Positions 52,303-61,226 of a DNA stretch of 64,000 bases are shown one piece after another. The notes beneath the pieces were generated by a model. It was not told the origin of the DNA. It worked only from the letters and a program-made list of their open reading frames with translations, and did not search any database. A program made the position numbers and the translations under genes. Positions within the stretch are counted from its first letter, which is position 1. Every line of letters begins with the position of its first letter. The stretch is from Candidatus Enteromonas sp. (GTDB taxonomy: Bacteria > Bacillota_I > Bacilli_A > RFN20 > CAG-826), in assembly GCA_034171505.1 (NCBI GenBank), contig JAXFGC010000006.1, forward strand, positions 11,382-75,381, given 5' to 3'.

Positions 52303-53498
52303 GGGTTCGTATTTCGAAAGGAATCCCATCGGGAAGCAGTGCCTTCCCTCCGTCGAAATCCTTCGCCCACCGATACCTCATCGGAGGGATGCTTGCAGGT
52401 GGTTCGACCATCCATCACCTCGAATACTCCGAGGATGTTTTGGCGACCCTCGATTGTTTATCCGCGTTGGGGGCCTCGATAAATTTAGAAGGGGGTAGCG
52501 CGAAATTTTCCTCAAGAATTCCGATTGAAAACCATCCGATTCTGCCTTGTCGCGAAAGTGGATCGACCCTTCGCTTTTTCCTCCCAATCGCCGCGGCGTT
52601 ATGTCCTTCTTTCTCGTTAACGGGGACCGCCCGCCTTCTTCAAAGGGGGGTTGGTCCTTATCAGTCTTGCCTTTCCAGTCACGGGGTGACAATCGAAAGC
52701 CACGGAAAAGAAATCGTCGTAACCGGACGCCTTACTCCAGGGCATTACGAAATTGATGGCTCAACTTCTAGTCAATACATCACAGGGCTTCTTTTTGCCT
52801 TACCCCTTTTACCGGGCGATTCCGAAATCCATATTTTGGGCGCTCAAGCATCCAAGGATTACACCAACATCACGCGAAAAGTCTTAGCCGATTTTGGCAT
52901 TCGAATCGAAGAGACCCCCTATGGCTATTTCATTCCCGGAAATCAAGAGTATCAAAGCGGTTCGTTTACAGTAGAAGATGATGCCTCTAATGCGGCCTTC
53001 CTCTCCGCCTTTGCTGCGTTAGGAGCGCCTCTATCCTTGCCATCCATTTCCGAAGATTCTTTGCAAGGAGACCGCGTTTTTGCAAAGCATTTCAAAACCT
53101 TGCATGATGGTTTCGCGGAGATTAACGTTGACAATTGCATCGATTTAGCGCCCGTTCTCTTCGCTTTTGCATCGCTCTCTCACGGAGCTAGGTTTACCGG
53201 AATCGAACGATTGTCCCTCAAAGAAAGTTCCCGCGCGGAAGCCATGAAAGAGGAACTTGCGAAAGCCGGAATCCAAGTCGAACTCACCCCTCATTTCGCG
53301 GTAGTTCACCCCTACAACGGAATCCAACAATCTTTCTATTTTGATTCCCATAATGACCATCGAATCGCGATGGCCTTAAGCCTCTTCTCCTTACGAGGCG
53401 ACGTCGAAATCTCCGGGGCGGAAGCCGTAAAAAAATCCTATCCCAGATATTTTGATGAACTTTCCAATCTCGGAATGGAGGTAACCAAGTATGAGTAA
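52299..53498 (+). CDS. aroA: 3-phosphoshikimate 1-carboxyvinyltransferase (EPSP synthase)
   Basis: PPSKSFAHRYLI, DGSTSSQYITGLLFALP, DHRIAMALS. At 399 aa it is somewhat short. Confidence 0.88.
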   Translation: MRVRISKGIPSGSSAFPPSKSFAHRYLIGGMLAGGSTIHHLEYSEDVLATLDCLSALGASINLEGGSAKFSSRIPIENHPILPCRESGSTLRFFLPIAAALCPSFSLTGTARLLQRGVGPYQSCLSSHGVTIESHGKEIVVTGRLTPGHYEIDGSTSSQYITGLLFALPLLPGDSEIHILGAQASKDYTNITRKVLADFGIRIEETPYGYFIPGNQEYQSGSFTVEDDASNAAFLSAFAALGAPLSLPSISEDSLQGDRVFAKHFKTLHDGFAEINVDNCIDLAPVLFAFASLSHGARFTGIERLSLKESSRAEAMKEELAKAGIQVELTPHFAVVHPYNGIQQSFYFDSHNDHRIAMALSLFSLRGDVEISGAEAVKKSYPRYFDELSNLGMEVTKYE

Positions 53499-54360
53499 AT
53501 TACCCAAGCGGATCCTAATTATCGGCCTTGGCCTCATGGGCGGAAGCATCGCGGAAGCCTTAAGCCACAACGGCTACCACGTCGAGGCCATCTCTTTATA
53601 TGAAGAGGAAATCTCTTTTGCAAAAGAAAAGGGATTCATCCAAGACGGCCGAACCACTTTTTCCAAAGAATACCTTGCTTCCTTTCCGTGCTTCCTCTTC
53701 GCCTTATATCCTTCCACTTTGGTGAAATGGATGAAGGAACACGTAAACGACATCGCCCCAAACACCCTCTTAACCGATGTCACGGGCATCAAAGAACCCA
53801 TCATTCGAGAAATTCTTCCTCTTCTCAAAGGCAAAGACATCGACTTCGTCTTCGCTCATCCGATGGCGGGCAAAGCCAGAAAAGGCGTCGGTTACGCAAG
53901 CAAGGATATTTTCAAGGGATCCAACTTCCTAATTACCCCGATTCCCATCAACAAAGAAGAAAACATACGGGCAATCGAAGAACTCGGTCGGACCCTAGGG
54001 TCCGGGCAAATCGTTCGCGTATCCCCCAAAGAACACGATGAAATGATTGCTTACGTCTCACAGTTAACGCATATTATCGCCATGGCGCTCATGAACGCGA
54101 AAAAGGAGACACATTTAGATGAATATACCGGTGACTCCTTCCGTGATTTGACCCGAATCGCCGAAATGAACGACGAGATGTGGCCAGAACTCTTCATAAT
54201 GAACCAAGCCACGCTTCTTCAGCAGATGGATTTGTTCCTCGACGAAATGAATAAAATCCGGGACGCCATCGCCCACGCATCCATCGATGAATTACGAAAG
54301 ATGATGCAATCCTCCACCGTCAGAAGAGAAGCCTTCTCCTCGGAAAGCAAAAATTTATGA
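53491..54360 (+). CDS. tyrA: Prephenate dehydrogenase
   Basis: Rossmann ILIIGLGLMGGSIA, HPMAG, and the conserved SHLPH-like QLTHIIA. Confidence 0.88.
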   Translation: MSKLPKRILIIGLGLMGGSIAEALSHNGYHVEAISLYEEEISFAKEKGFIQDGRTTFSKEYLASFPCFLFALYPSTLVKWMKEHVNDIAPNTLLTDVTGIKEPIIREILPLLKGKDIDFVFAHPMAGKARKGVGYASKDIFKGSNFLITPIPINKEENIRAIEELGRTLGSGQIVRVSPKEHDEMIAYVSQLTHIIAMALMNAKKETHLDEYTGDSFRDLTRIAEMNDEMWPELFIMNQATLLQQMDLFLDEMNKIRDAIAHASIDELRKMMQSSTVRREAFSSESKNL

Positions 54361-55394
54361 ACCTCACACTCACCCGACAACTCCCCACCCCCAAAGAACT
54401 CCGCCAAATGTATCCGATGGACGAAGAATGCGCGGCCATCAAAGCCAAAAACGACGAAAGAATCCGTGCAATTTTCGAAGGAAAAAGCAATCGTTTCCTT
54501 TTGATTATCGGCCCTTGTTCCGCCGATCGAGAAGATGCGGTCATCGACTATATCCTTCGCCTTCGCGAGATTTATCCCCTCATTGAAGACGTCATTGAGA
54601 TTGTTCCTCGCATCTACACGAACAAGCCGCGCACCATGGGCACCGGCTACAAAGGGATGCTCCATCAACCCGATCCCACCCGTTCTCCGGACTTGCTCAA
54701 GGGTCTCATCGCGATTCGCAAAATGCACATGAAAGCCATTCGCGAAACCGGTTTTTCTTGCGCGGATGAAATGCTTTATCCCGAAAACCACGCTTATCTC
54801 GCGGATTGCTTATCTTACGTTGCAGTCGGTGCCCGAAGCGTGGAAGATCAGTTCCATCGTCTCGTCTCTTCAGGAATCGATGTCCCCGTTGGAATGAAAA
54901 ATCCAACTTCCGGTGACTTGTCCGTAATGCTGAATGCGATTCACGCCGCCCAATTCGCCCAATCCTTCATCTACCGTGGTTGGGAAGCCCAAAGCAAAGG
55001 AAATCCCTTAACCCATGGCATTCTCCGCGGATTTGTCGACGAAGAAGGAAGAAGCTCTCCCAACTACCATTACGAGGCCCTTTCCCGCCTTTCAGAAATC
55101 TATACCTCTGAAAACTTTCAAAACCCAGGACTCATCATCGATTGCAATCATTCCAACTCCGGAAAGAAATACCTCGAGCAGATTCGCATCGCCAAAGAGA
55201 TTCTCGTCTCAATGAACCTCAACCCCAACGTCCGTTCCCTCGTGAAAGGACTCATGATTGAATCCTACATCGAAGACGGGTGCCAAAAGATTGGGGAAGG
55301 AACCTATGGGAAATCCATCACGGATCCTTGCCTTGGATGGGACAAGACCAAGGAACTTCTCCTCGAGATGGCCTCGATACTTCGGAAAATGTAA
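54357..55394 (+). CDS. aroF: 3-deoxy-7-phosphoheptulonate (DAHP) synthase, class I
   Basis: LLIIGPCSADRE, NKPRT and the IDCNHSNS pattern. It is the last gene of the aromatic operon. Confidence 0.88.
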   Translation: MNLTLTRQLPTPKELRQMYPMDEECAAIKAKNDERIRAIFEGKSNRFLLIIGPCSADREDAVIDYILRLREIYPLIEDVIEIVPRIYTNKPRTMGTGYKGMLHQPDPTRSPDLLKGLIAIRKMHMKAIRETGFSCADEMLYPENHAYLADCLSYVAVGARSVEDQFHRLVSSGIDVPVGMKNPTSGDLSVMLNAIHAAQFAQSFIYRGWEAQSKGNPLTHGILRGFVDEEGRSSPNYHYEALSRLSEIYTSENFQNPGLIIDCNHSNSGKKYLEQIRIAKEILVSMNLNPNVRSLVKGLMIESYIEDGCQKIGEGTYGKSITDPCLGWDKTKELLLEMASILRKM

Positions 55395-55413
55395 AAACGG
55401 CCCGAAGGCCGTT
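55392..55413. terminator. Hairpin between aroF and tRNA-Lys; likely the tRNA terminator and possibly bidirectional
   Basis: AACGGCC-cgaa-GGCCGTT. On the minus strand it has a UUCG tetraloop and is followed by UUUUU; on the plus strand an A-tract precedes it. Confidence 0.65.
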
Positions 55414-55423
55414 ACTGATAACG

Positions 55424-55499
<76 letters not shown>

Positions 55500-55525
55500 A
55501 CGTGCCCTTTTTCAAAGGCTGGGTT

Positions 55526-55554
55526 ATTTTACCGCGGGTGCTGGCGCACTTCAA
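55526..55554 (-). promoter_or_regulatory. Promoter of tRNA-Lys
   Basis: On the minus strand: TTGAAG-N17-TAAAAT, ending about 26 nt upstream of the tRNA 5' end. Confidence 0.55.
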
Positions 55555-55674
55555 TAAGGAATTTTAAGCATTTTTCGGAAAGAAAACGCGCTCTTCCTGA
55601 AAGGAAAGAGCTATGTTTTGACAACATAGTTTCTTGCCCCTACGATTAAGGGCGTTTCTACATAGAATATAGCG

Positions 55675-56790
55675 ATGACAAACCTCAGTGAAAACCCGAC
55701 CAACGAAGTGAAAAGAAGCATACGTCTCGCCTCTTTTTGCTTGGATGCGTTGATTTCTTGCGTTTTAGCCATTCTTTTGATTCCTTTGGGAAATGCAATA
55801 TTGGGCGCCTTGCCCTCCTTCAACGAAACCGTTTCCGCCATCACCGAAAACGCGGAAACCAAAGTCGAAATCATCGAAGAAAGCCACTTGGGAGTTCAAA
55901 AAGAGAACGGAGACTTCTATACAGTTTCCGAACTCGCCAACGAATACCTCTATTCCTTAACGAAGACGAGTCTCCTTCGTTACGGAAGGCAGGAAAGCGA
56001 TTTGTCTTCCATCTATTTGGAGGTGGGTGAGATTTCCCTTCATTCCGACCGTCTTGGATACTACTATTCCGAATTTAAACCGAACCATATGGATGGGTAC
56101 CTCGACTTAGGAATTTTCGGAAAAGACCAGTACTTATCGATACTTATTTTAGAGAATGAGTCTCTCTACAACGATGAGGAATACCCCTTATTAACCGAAG
56201 AAGCCGCTGCACAAATCGACGAGGCAATTCGCAACGAAGATTACGCCTTAGGTGGGGCAAAGAAAACGGCAATTCTTAACCGCTATGAGCGACTTCTCCA
56301 GGATGCCTGCGACGAACTCGAATCCATGTATCAGCCTTACCTTCAGGCTCACGCAACGTACCAGACGGCCTATCAGTCATTCCTTATTTACCAATATTCC
56401 GTGATCCTTATTTCCGCCTTAATCGGGGTAATCGTCTGTTACATGGTTCTCCCCTTATTCCTCTCCGGTGCAACAATTTCTATGAAGTCTCTTCACCTCC
56501 AATATACCAAAAATAATGGAGAACGGTACCCGAATTCGCGTATTTTCTTATCCAGTTTGCCCATGCTTCTCGCCGTTCCCTGTATTGGGCTTTTGTCTAC
56601 CTTGCTGACCTCTTCGTTTACGCTGCAAGGAGGAACGGCGGCTAACATCTTCTTATTGCTTGGGACTGTCTCCTTTATTCTTTGTCTCGTGAATTATCTC
56701 TTCACTTTCTTCGGAGCAAAGCAAACCGGCAGAGAAAAATGTTTCGGGTTGTACTTATCCCAAATAACGGAGGGCAACAATGGAAAGTAA
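55675..56790 (+). CDS. RDD family membrane protein (371 aa)
   Basis: RDD-like N-terminus (RLASFCLDALISCVLAILLIPLG), a large soluble insert, then a hydrophobic C-terminal part. TAGAAT lies 6 nt before the ATG, with no SD. Confidence 0.6.
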   Translation: MTNLSENPTNEVKRSIRLASFCLDALISCVLAILLIPLGNAILGALPSFNETVSAITENAETKVEIIEESHLGVQKENGDFYTVSELANEYLYSLTKTSLLRYGRQESDLSSIYLEVGEISLHSDRLGYYYSEFKPNHMDGYLDLGIFGKDQYLSILILENESLYNDEEYPLLTEEAAAQIDEAIRNEDYALGGAKKTAILNRYERLLQDACDELESMYQPYLQAHATYQTAYQSFLIYQYSVILISALIGVIVCYMVLPLFLSGATISMKSLHLQYTKNNGERYPNSRIFLSSLPMLLAVPCIGLLSTLLTSSFTLQGGTAANIFLLLGTVSFILCLVNYLFTFFGAKQTGREKCFGLYLSQITEGNNGK

Positions 56791-57679
56791 AGAGCTAACC
56801 TATCCCATGCCTCCCCTTCATAAATCTTTCTTGGCCAAATTCTTCGACTTGTTCTTGGTATTTCTTTTGGGGGCGACCTTTTTCGGACTCGCTCAAATTA
56901 TCCTTCCTTCCCTCCCCGCCTACGCGGAAGCACAGCAACGCCAAGCATCTCTTCAAATAGAGTCCCGCCTCTATGTCGAAAGTGATATCGGTCTCACTCG
57001 ATTATCCGACTATTTGGATGGACAGGATCTGACAAGAAGAGAAAAGTGCACCCAATACGAAGAAAACCTCACCTATTTCTTTGTCGAATTCTTAGACGAA
57101 GAAGGGTCGGTTCGTTATAAGAACGATAAAGCAGAAGCCAAAGTCGAAGGATCCTCTTTATTTCAAGAAGACGGCTCTTGGGCTTTCTCTTCAAGCGATT
57201 ATGAAGTCCATTACCTCGATTTCTACGAAAACGAATATTCCAACATCGCTTTGGGTCTCCTTCACGAACAAGGGGAATACAAGAAAACAAACCAGAGGAA
57301 ACTCATTTTCGAACTAGTTTCCCTATTCGTTTGTTTTTCCCTCTCCCACATCCTTTTGATGCTTGTGATACCCCTTTGTTTCCGAAGGGGTAAGAAAACC
57401 TTGGGGCTCTTTTTCGCCCACATAGGCCGCGTAGGGAAGGACGCATTGTCCTTAACCCCTCTTCGAATGGTTCTTTTCTGGTTGTTCGACTTTGTTTTTC
57501 TCTTTTGGGGATCGATTGTCACCTTCTTGATTCCCTTGGCCATCTCCATGGGCATGGCGGCCTTCCGAAGCGACCATCAAAGTCTTGGGGAATATGTCAG
57601 TGGAGTGCATCTTGTGGATGACTCCGAACAAAAGATTTTTCGAAACTGTTACGAAGTTGTCGAAGCGGAACAAAAATAA
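56780..57679 (+). CDS. RDD family membrane protein (299 aa)
   Basis: [20 protein letters not shown] at the N-terminus and [20 protein letters not shown] later on (RDD-type G-x-T-x-G motif). 11-nt overlap with the preceding gene. Confidence 0.6.
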   Translation: MESKELTYPMPPLHKSFLAKFFDLFLVFLLGATFFGLAQIILPSLPAYAEAQQRQASLQIESRLYVESDIGLTRLSDYLDGQDLTRREKCTQYEENLTYFFVEFLDEEGSVRYKNDKAEAKVEGSSLFQEDGSWAFSSSDYEVHYLDFYENEYSNIALGLLHEQGEYKKTNQRKLIFELVSLFVCFSLSHILLMLVIPLCFRRGKKTLGLFFAHIGRVGKDALSLTPLRMVLFWLFDFVFLFWGSIVTFLIPLAISMGMAAFRSDHQSLGEYVSGVHLVDDSEQKIFRNCYEVVEAEQK

Positions 57680-57717
57680 CGGGTGTATTTTCTAAAAATT
57701 GGTATTATTCTCGTGTT

Positions 57718-59166
57718 ATGGAAATCCGAATTGAGCATTTAGACAAAGAGTTTCCTTCTCGTGACAAGGGCGGCGAACCCACCAAAGCGGTTTCCGACCT
57801 CGATTTGCTGATTCGCGATGGTGAACTCATGGGTCTTTTGGGGCCTTCGGGATGTGGAAAATCCACGACCCTTTACATGGTCGCGGGATTAAAGGACGTT
57901 ACCTCCGGCTCCATTTATTTCGACCAAGAAGACGTCACCCACCTCGATCCGGAAAAAAGAGGCATTGGGCTAGTCTTCCAAAACTACGCGCTGTACCCCC
58001 ACATGACGGTCTACAAAAACGTCGAATTCCCCTTAACGAGCCTGAGAATTGAAGAGAACAAAAAAGATTTCGATTACCTCTTCCATAAAGGCATTCGAGA
58101 CGTCTTGAAGCAAAAAGAAGAGGTACGTATGTGCTTTATCCTCGAAAACGAAGAGGAAAAGAAACCCGAAATAAAGATCATCACCGCGATTATGAAGCGC
58201 TTCGATTTGACCTATCGCGCTTCAAGGAAAATCTATTCCGACGTCAGCAAACTCGGCGGACCAAGAGATGAAAACCTTGACGCATTGATTGACGAAGCCC
58301 AAAGCAAAATCGATCGGGCAATCGCTATACAAACCAAAAAGGGATGCATAATCGATGAAGACGGAACCCTCCTTAAGGACGGGAACCCCATTCCGATCAC
58401 GCGGAGACTATCCAAGGATGAGCGAGACACTTTGGTCCGTCGTACCGCTGATCTCGTTCAAATCGGAGAATACCTCCACCGCAAACCAAGCGAGCTTTCC
58501 GGCGGTCAGCAGCAACGCGTCGCGATTGCCCGTGCTTTGGTCAAACAGCCACGTGTCCTCTTGCTTGACGAACCTCTTTCCAATCTTGACGCGCGCCTTC
58601 GTATCCAAACCCGTGAAGAAATCCGCCGCGTGCAACAAGCCACGAAAATCACGACGATTTTTGTTACCCACGACCAAGAAGAAGCCATGTCCATCTGCGA
58701 TCGAATCTGTGTCATGGAAAACGGCGAGGAACGCCAAATCGGGAAGCCACAAGACATCTATCGGAATCCCAATTGCCTCTTTGTCGCCAAATTCTTAGGA
58801 ACTCCCCCAATCAACGTCTTCCATGGATGCATTAAAAATGGCGCGGTCTATATCGGCGAAGAAAAACTGTTTGCAGTCCAAAAAACCTTGCAGAACCAAG
58901 AGGTAACCATCGGAATTCGCCCCGAAGCGTTCACTGAAATAATCCCACAAAGCGGCGATGGACTATCTTTTGAAATCGAAGATATTCTTACCCAAGGAAG
59001 AGACACCACGCTTGTAGGATCTTCCCCTTTTGCCGAATCCGAACAAATCAAAGCCATTGTTGATGGGGATATCGATTATCAAAAAGGACCCGTGAAGTTC
59101 CGCTTGAAGCCGCACAAAGTCTATTTGTTTGAGGTGGCTACTGGAAAACGAATTGAGACCGAATAA
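57718..59166 (+). CDS. Sugar ABC transporter ATP-binding protein (MalK/MsmK/UgpC-type) with a ~120-aa insertion
   Basis: Walker [11 protein letters not shown]-loop [40 protein letters not shown], and a C-terminal TOBE-like domain. Residues ~110-230 are inserted before the signature motif. Confidence 0.9.
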   Translation: MEIRIEHLDKEFPSRDKGGEPTKAVSDLDLLIRDGELMGLLGPSGCGKSTTLYMVAGLKDVTSGSIYFDQEDVTHLDPEKRGIGLVFQNYALYPHMTVYKNVEFPLTSLRIEENKKDFDYLFHKGIRDVLKQKEEVRMCFILENEEEKKPEIKIITAIMKRFDLTYRASRKIYSDVSKLGGPRDENLDALIDEAQSKIDRAIAIQTKKGCIIDEDGTLLKDGNPIPITRRLSKDERDTLVRRTADLVQIGEYLHRKPSELSGGQQQRVAIARALVKQPRVLLLDEPLSNLDARLRIQTREEIRRVQQATKITTIFVTHDQEEAMSICDRICVMENGEERQIGKPQDIYRNPNCLFVAKFLGTPPINVFHGCIKNGAVYIGEEKLFAVQKTLQNQEVTIGIRPEAFTEIIPQSGDGLSFEIEDILTQGRDTTLVGSSPFAESEQIKAIVDGDIDYQKGPVKFRLKPHKVYLFEVATGKRIETE

Positions 59167-60116
59167 TGGAAAAAAAGAATCAGTGGAAGGCTTGGCTATA
59201 TCTCGCTCCCGTCTTGATATTGATGGCCATTTTCACGTTCTATCCCATTTTTTCCACGATCGTTATTTCTTTCCTCAAAGATTACAACAACGTCACCGGC
59301 GCCCATAACGGTTTTACCTTCTATAACTATCAATATGTCTTGGGCTTTGCTGAAAAATACGAGGGAACGGGTATCTTTAATCAGACTTTTTTCTCCTTAA
59401 ATCCCGCGGGCCACAGCGCCTTTTGGAACACGATGTTCATCACCTTCGTGACAGTTCCGATTTCGGTCGTTCTCGCATTGCTGATTGCTATCTTGATCCA
59501 TTCGATTGGGCCCTTGAAAAAATTCTTCCAAACCATTTTCTTCATGCCTTACGTTACAAACGTCATCGCGGTTGGCATGGTATTCAGCGTTATCTTTGGC
59601 CAATTTGGCATATGGAATCGTTTGTTTGGGCTGGGAACTCAATGGCTAGACGTCAACGGGGCAACTTGGGAAAGCGTCATGTTCGTCCTTTGTCTCTACA
59701 TCATTTGGTCCGCACTTCCCTACAAAATTCTCATTTTCCTTTCCGGGCTAGAAGGGATCGATAAGCAATATTATGATGCGGCCCGAATCGATGGAGCGGG
59801 CAAGGTCAAAACCGCTTGGAAGGTGACCGTCCCGCTTCTTTCGCCCCAAATTCTCTACATCACCGTCACCTCGTTCATCGGGGCTTTCAAGGAATATTCC
59901 TCCGTCGTCGGTTTGGTCAACCGTTATTACACGAACAACCCAAATAAACCCAATCTCTTCACCGCGGTCTATTGGATTTACGATCAGATGAGCAAGGATT
60001 CCTGGAACACTTCTTCCCAATTCGCGGCCGCTGCCGCGGTCATCCTCTTGGTTGTCATTTTGACTTTTACCCTGATTGAGCTCGCGGTCTCCAAAAAGAA
60101 AGTGGTCTACAAATGA
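59166..60116 (+). CDS. Sugar ABC transporter permease (MalF/UgpA-type)
   Basis: Six-TM pattern, EAA-like YYDAARIDGAGKVKTAWKVTVPLL. ATG overlaps the upstream stop. Confidence 0.88.
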   Translation: MEKKNQWKAWLYLAPVLILMAIFTFYPIFSTIVISFLKDYNNVTGAHNGFTFYNYQYVLGFAEKYEGTGIFNQTFFSLNPAGHSAFWNTMFITFVTVPISVVLALLIAILIHSIGPLKKFFQTIFFMPYVTNVIAVGMVFSVIFGQFGIWNRLFGLGTQWLDVNGATWESVMFVLCLYIIWSALPYKILIFLSGLEGIDKQYYDAARIDGAGKVKTAWKVTVPLLSPQILYITVTSFIGAFKEYSSVVGLVNRYYTNNPNKPNLFTAVYWIYDQMSKDSWNTSSQFAAAAAVILLVVILTFTLIELAVSKKKVVYK

Positions 60117-61093
60117 AACAAGCAAAAATTCCGACCACCCTCAAGCTCGTTTTGCCAAAAGGAAGGGGACGTCTATCGAAAAAGGTCCAAACCCCAGAAC
60201 AAATCCGCCGCTCCCAAAACATTCGGAAAGGCATTGCCCTTGGCTTTGTTTATCTTTTCTTGGGCGCGATGGCCCTTGTGGTTCTTTTCCCTTTCTATTA
60301 CATGATCGCCGCCTCATTTATGACTCAGCAAGAGGCCACTAACGGTGCCTTAGTCCCTCAACTCTCCGCGATATGGGAAAACATCGCGTTCAACTATTCC
60401 AACACCTTCCGCAGACTCAACTTTTTCTCCCACGTTGGAACAACCTTAATCATCGCGATTTCGACAACCATTCTCCAATTATTGACCACCATTCTCGCTT
60501 CTTTTGCTCTTGCCCGTCTAGAATTCCGCGGTAGAGACATCGTCTTCATCGCCTTCCTTGCAACCATGATGGTCCCGGGAGAACTTCTTGCGATTTCCAA
60601 CTACACGACGATGTCCAACCTCGGATTCATCGGTAACGACCAGACCTATCTGCAGGCCATTTTGGTCATGATTCTCCCCATGATCGCGTCTTCCTTCTAT
60701 ATCTATCTATTGCGTCAAAACTTCAAACAAATACCCGATGAACTCTATTTGGCCGCGAAGGTCGATGGAAAAAGCGATTGGGAGTTCCTTTGGAAGGTCA
60801 TGGCGCCTCTAGCAAGCCCCACTCTCATCACCATCGCGATTCTCTCCTTCATCAGCTCTTGGAACTCGTATGTTTGGCCATCCCGCGCGGTGTCCAACTC
60901 CGAATACCAGGTGATTTCGGTCATTATCCGCACGGGCTCGCTTACGTATGAGGTGAGCGCAGGGGAGTGGCGAACCATGATTCCCTGGCAAATGGCGGCC
61001 TCCGTTTTGACGGTTGTTCCACTCCTGATTCTCTTTATTGTTTTCCGAAAATCCATCATGTCGGGAACTGGGCGAAGCGGAATCAAAGGCTAA
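60113..61093 (+). CDS. Sugar ABC transporter permease (MalG/UgpE-type)
   Basis: EAA-like LYLAAKVDGKSDWEFLWKVMAPL. ATGA overlap. Confidence 0.88.
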   Translation: MKQAKIPTTLKLVLPKGRGRLSKKVQTPEQIRRSQNIRKGIALGFVYLFLGAMALVVLFPFYYMIAASFMTQQEATNGALVPQLSAIWENIAFNYSNTFRRLNFFSHVGTTLIIAISTTILQLLTTILASFALARLEFRGRDIVFIAFLATMMVPGELLAISNYTTMSNLGFIGNDQTYLQAILVMILPMIASSFYIYLLRQNFKQIPDELYLAAKVDGKSDWEFLWKVMAPLASPTLITIAILSFISSWNSYVWPSRAVSNSEYQVISVIIRTGSLTYEVSAGEWRTMIPWQMAASVLTVVPLLILFIVFRKSIMSGTGRSGIKG

Positions 61094-61160
61094 CCCCACC
61101 AATCAGTAAATCGATACTCATTTTTACCGACATATGAGCACTTTTTTACATCCTTTGGCC

Positions 61161-61188
61161 TTAAAGAATAAAATCTTATTGATATAAT
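61161..61188 (+). promoter_or_regulatory. Candidate internal promoter for the solute-binding lipoprotein gene
   Basis: Extended -10 TGaTATAAT (61180-61188), with a weak TTAAAG 16 nt upstream. An AAGGAGAG SD precedes ATG 61227. Confidence 0.45.
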
Positions 61189-61226
61189 CAATCCGTCTCA
61201 AAACATACTAGATCAAGGAGAGACCT

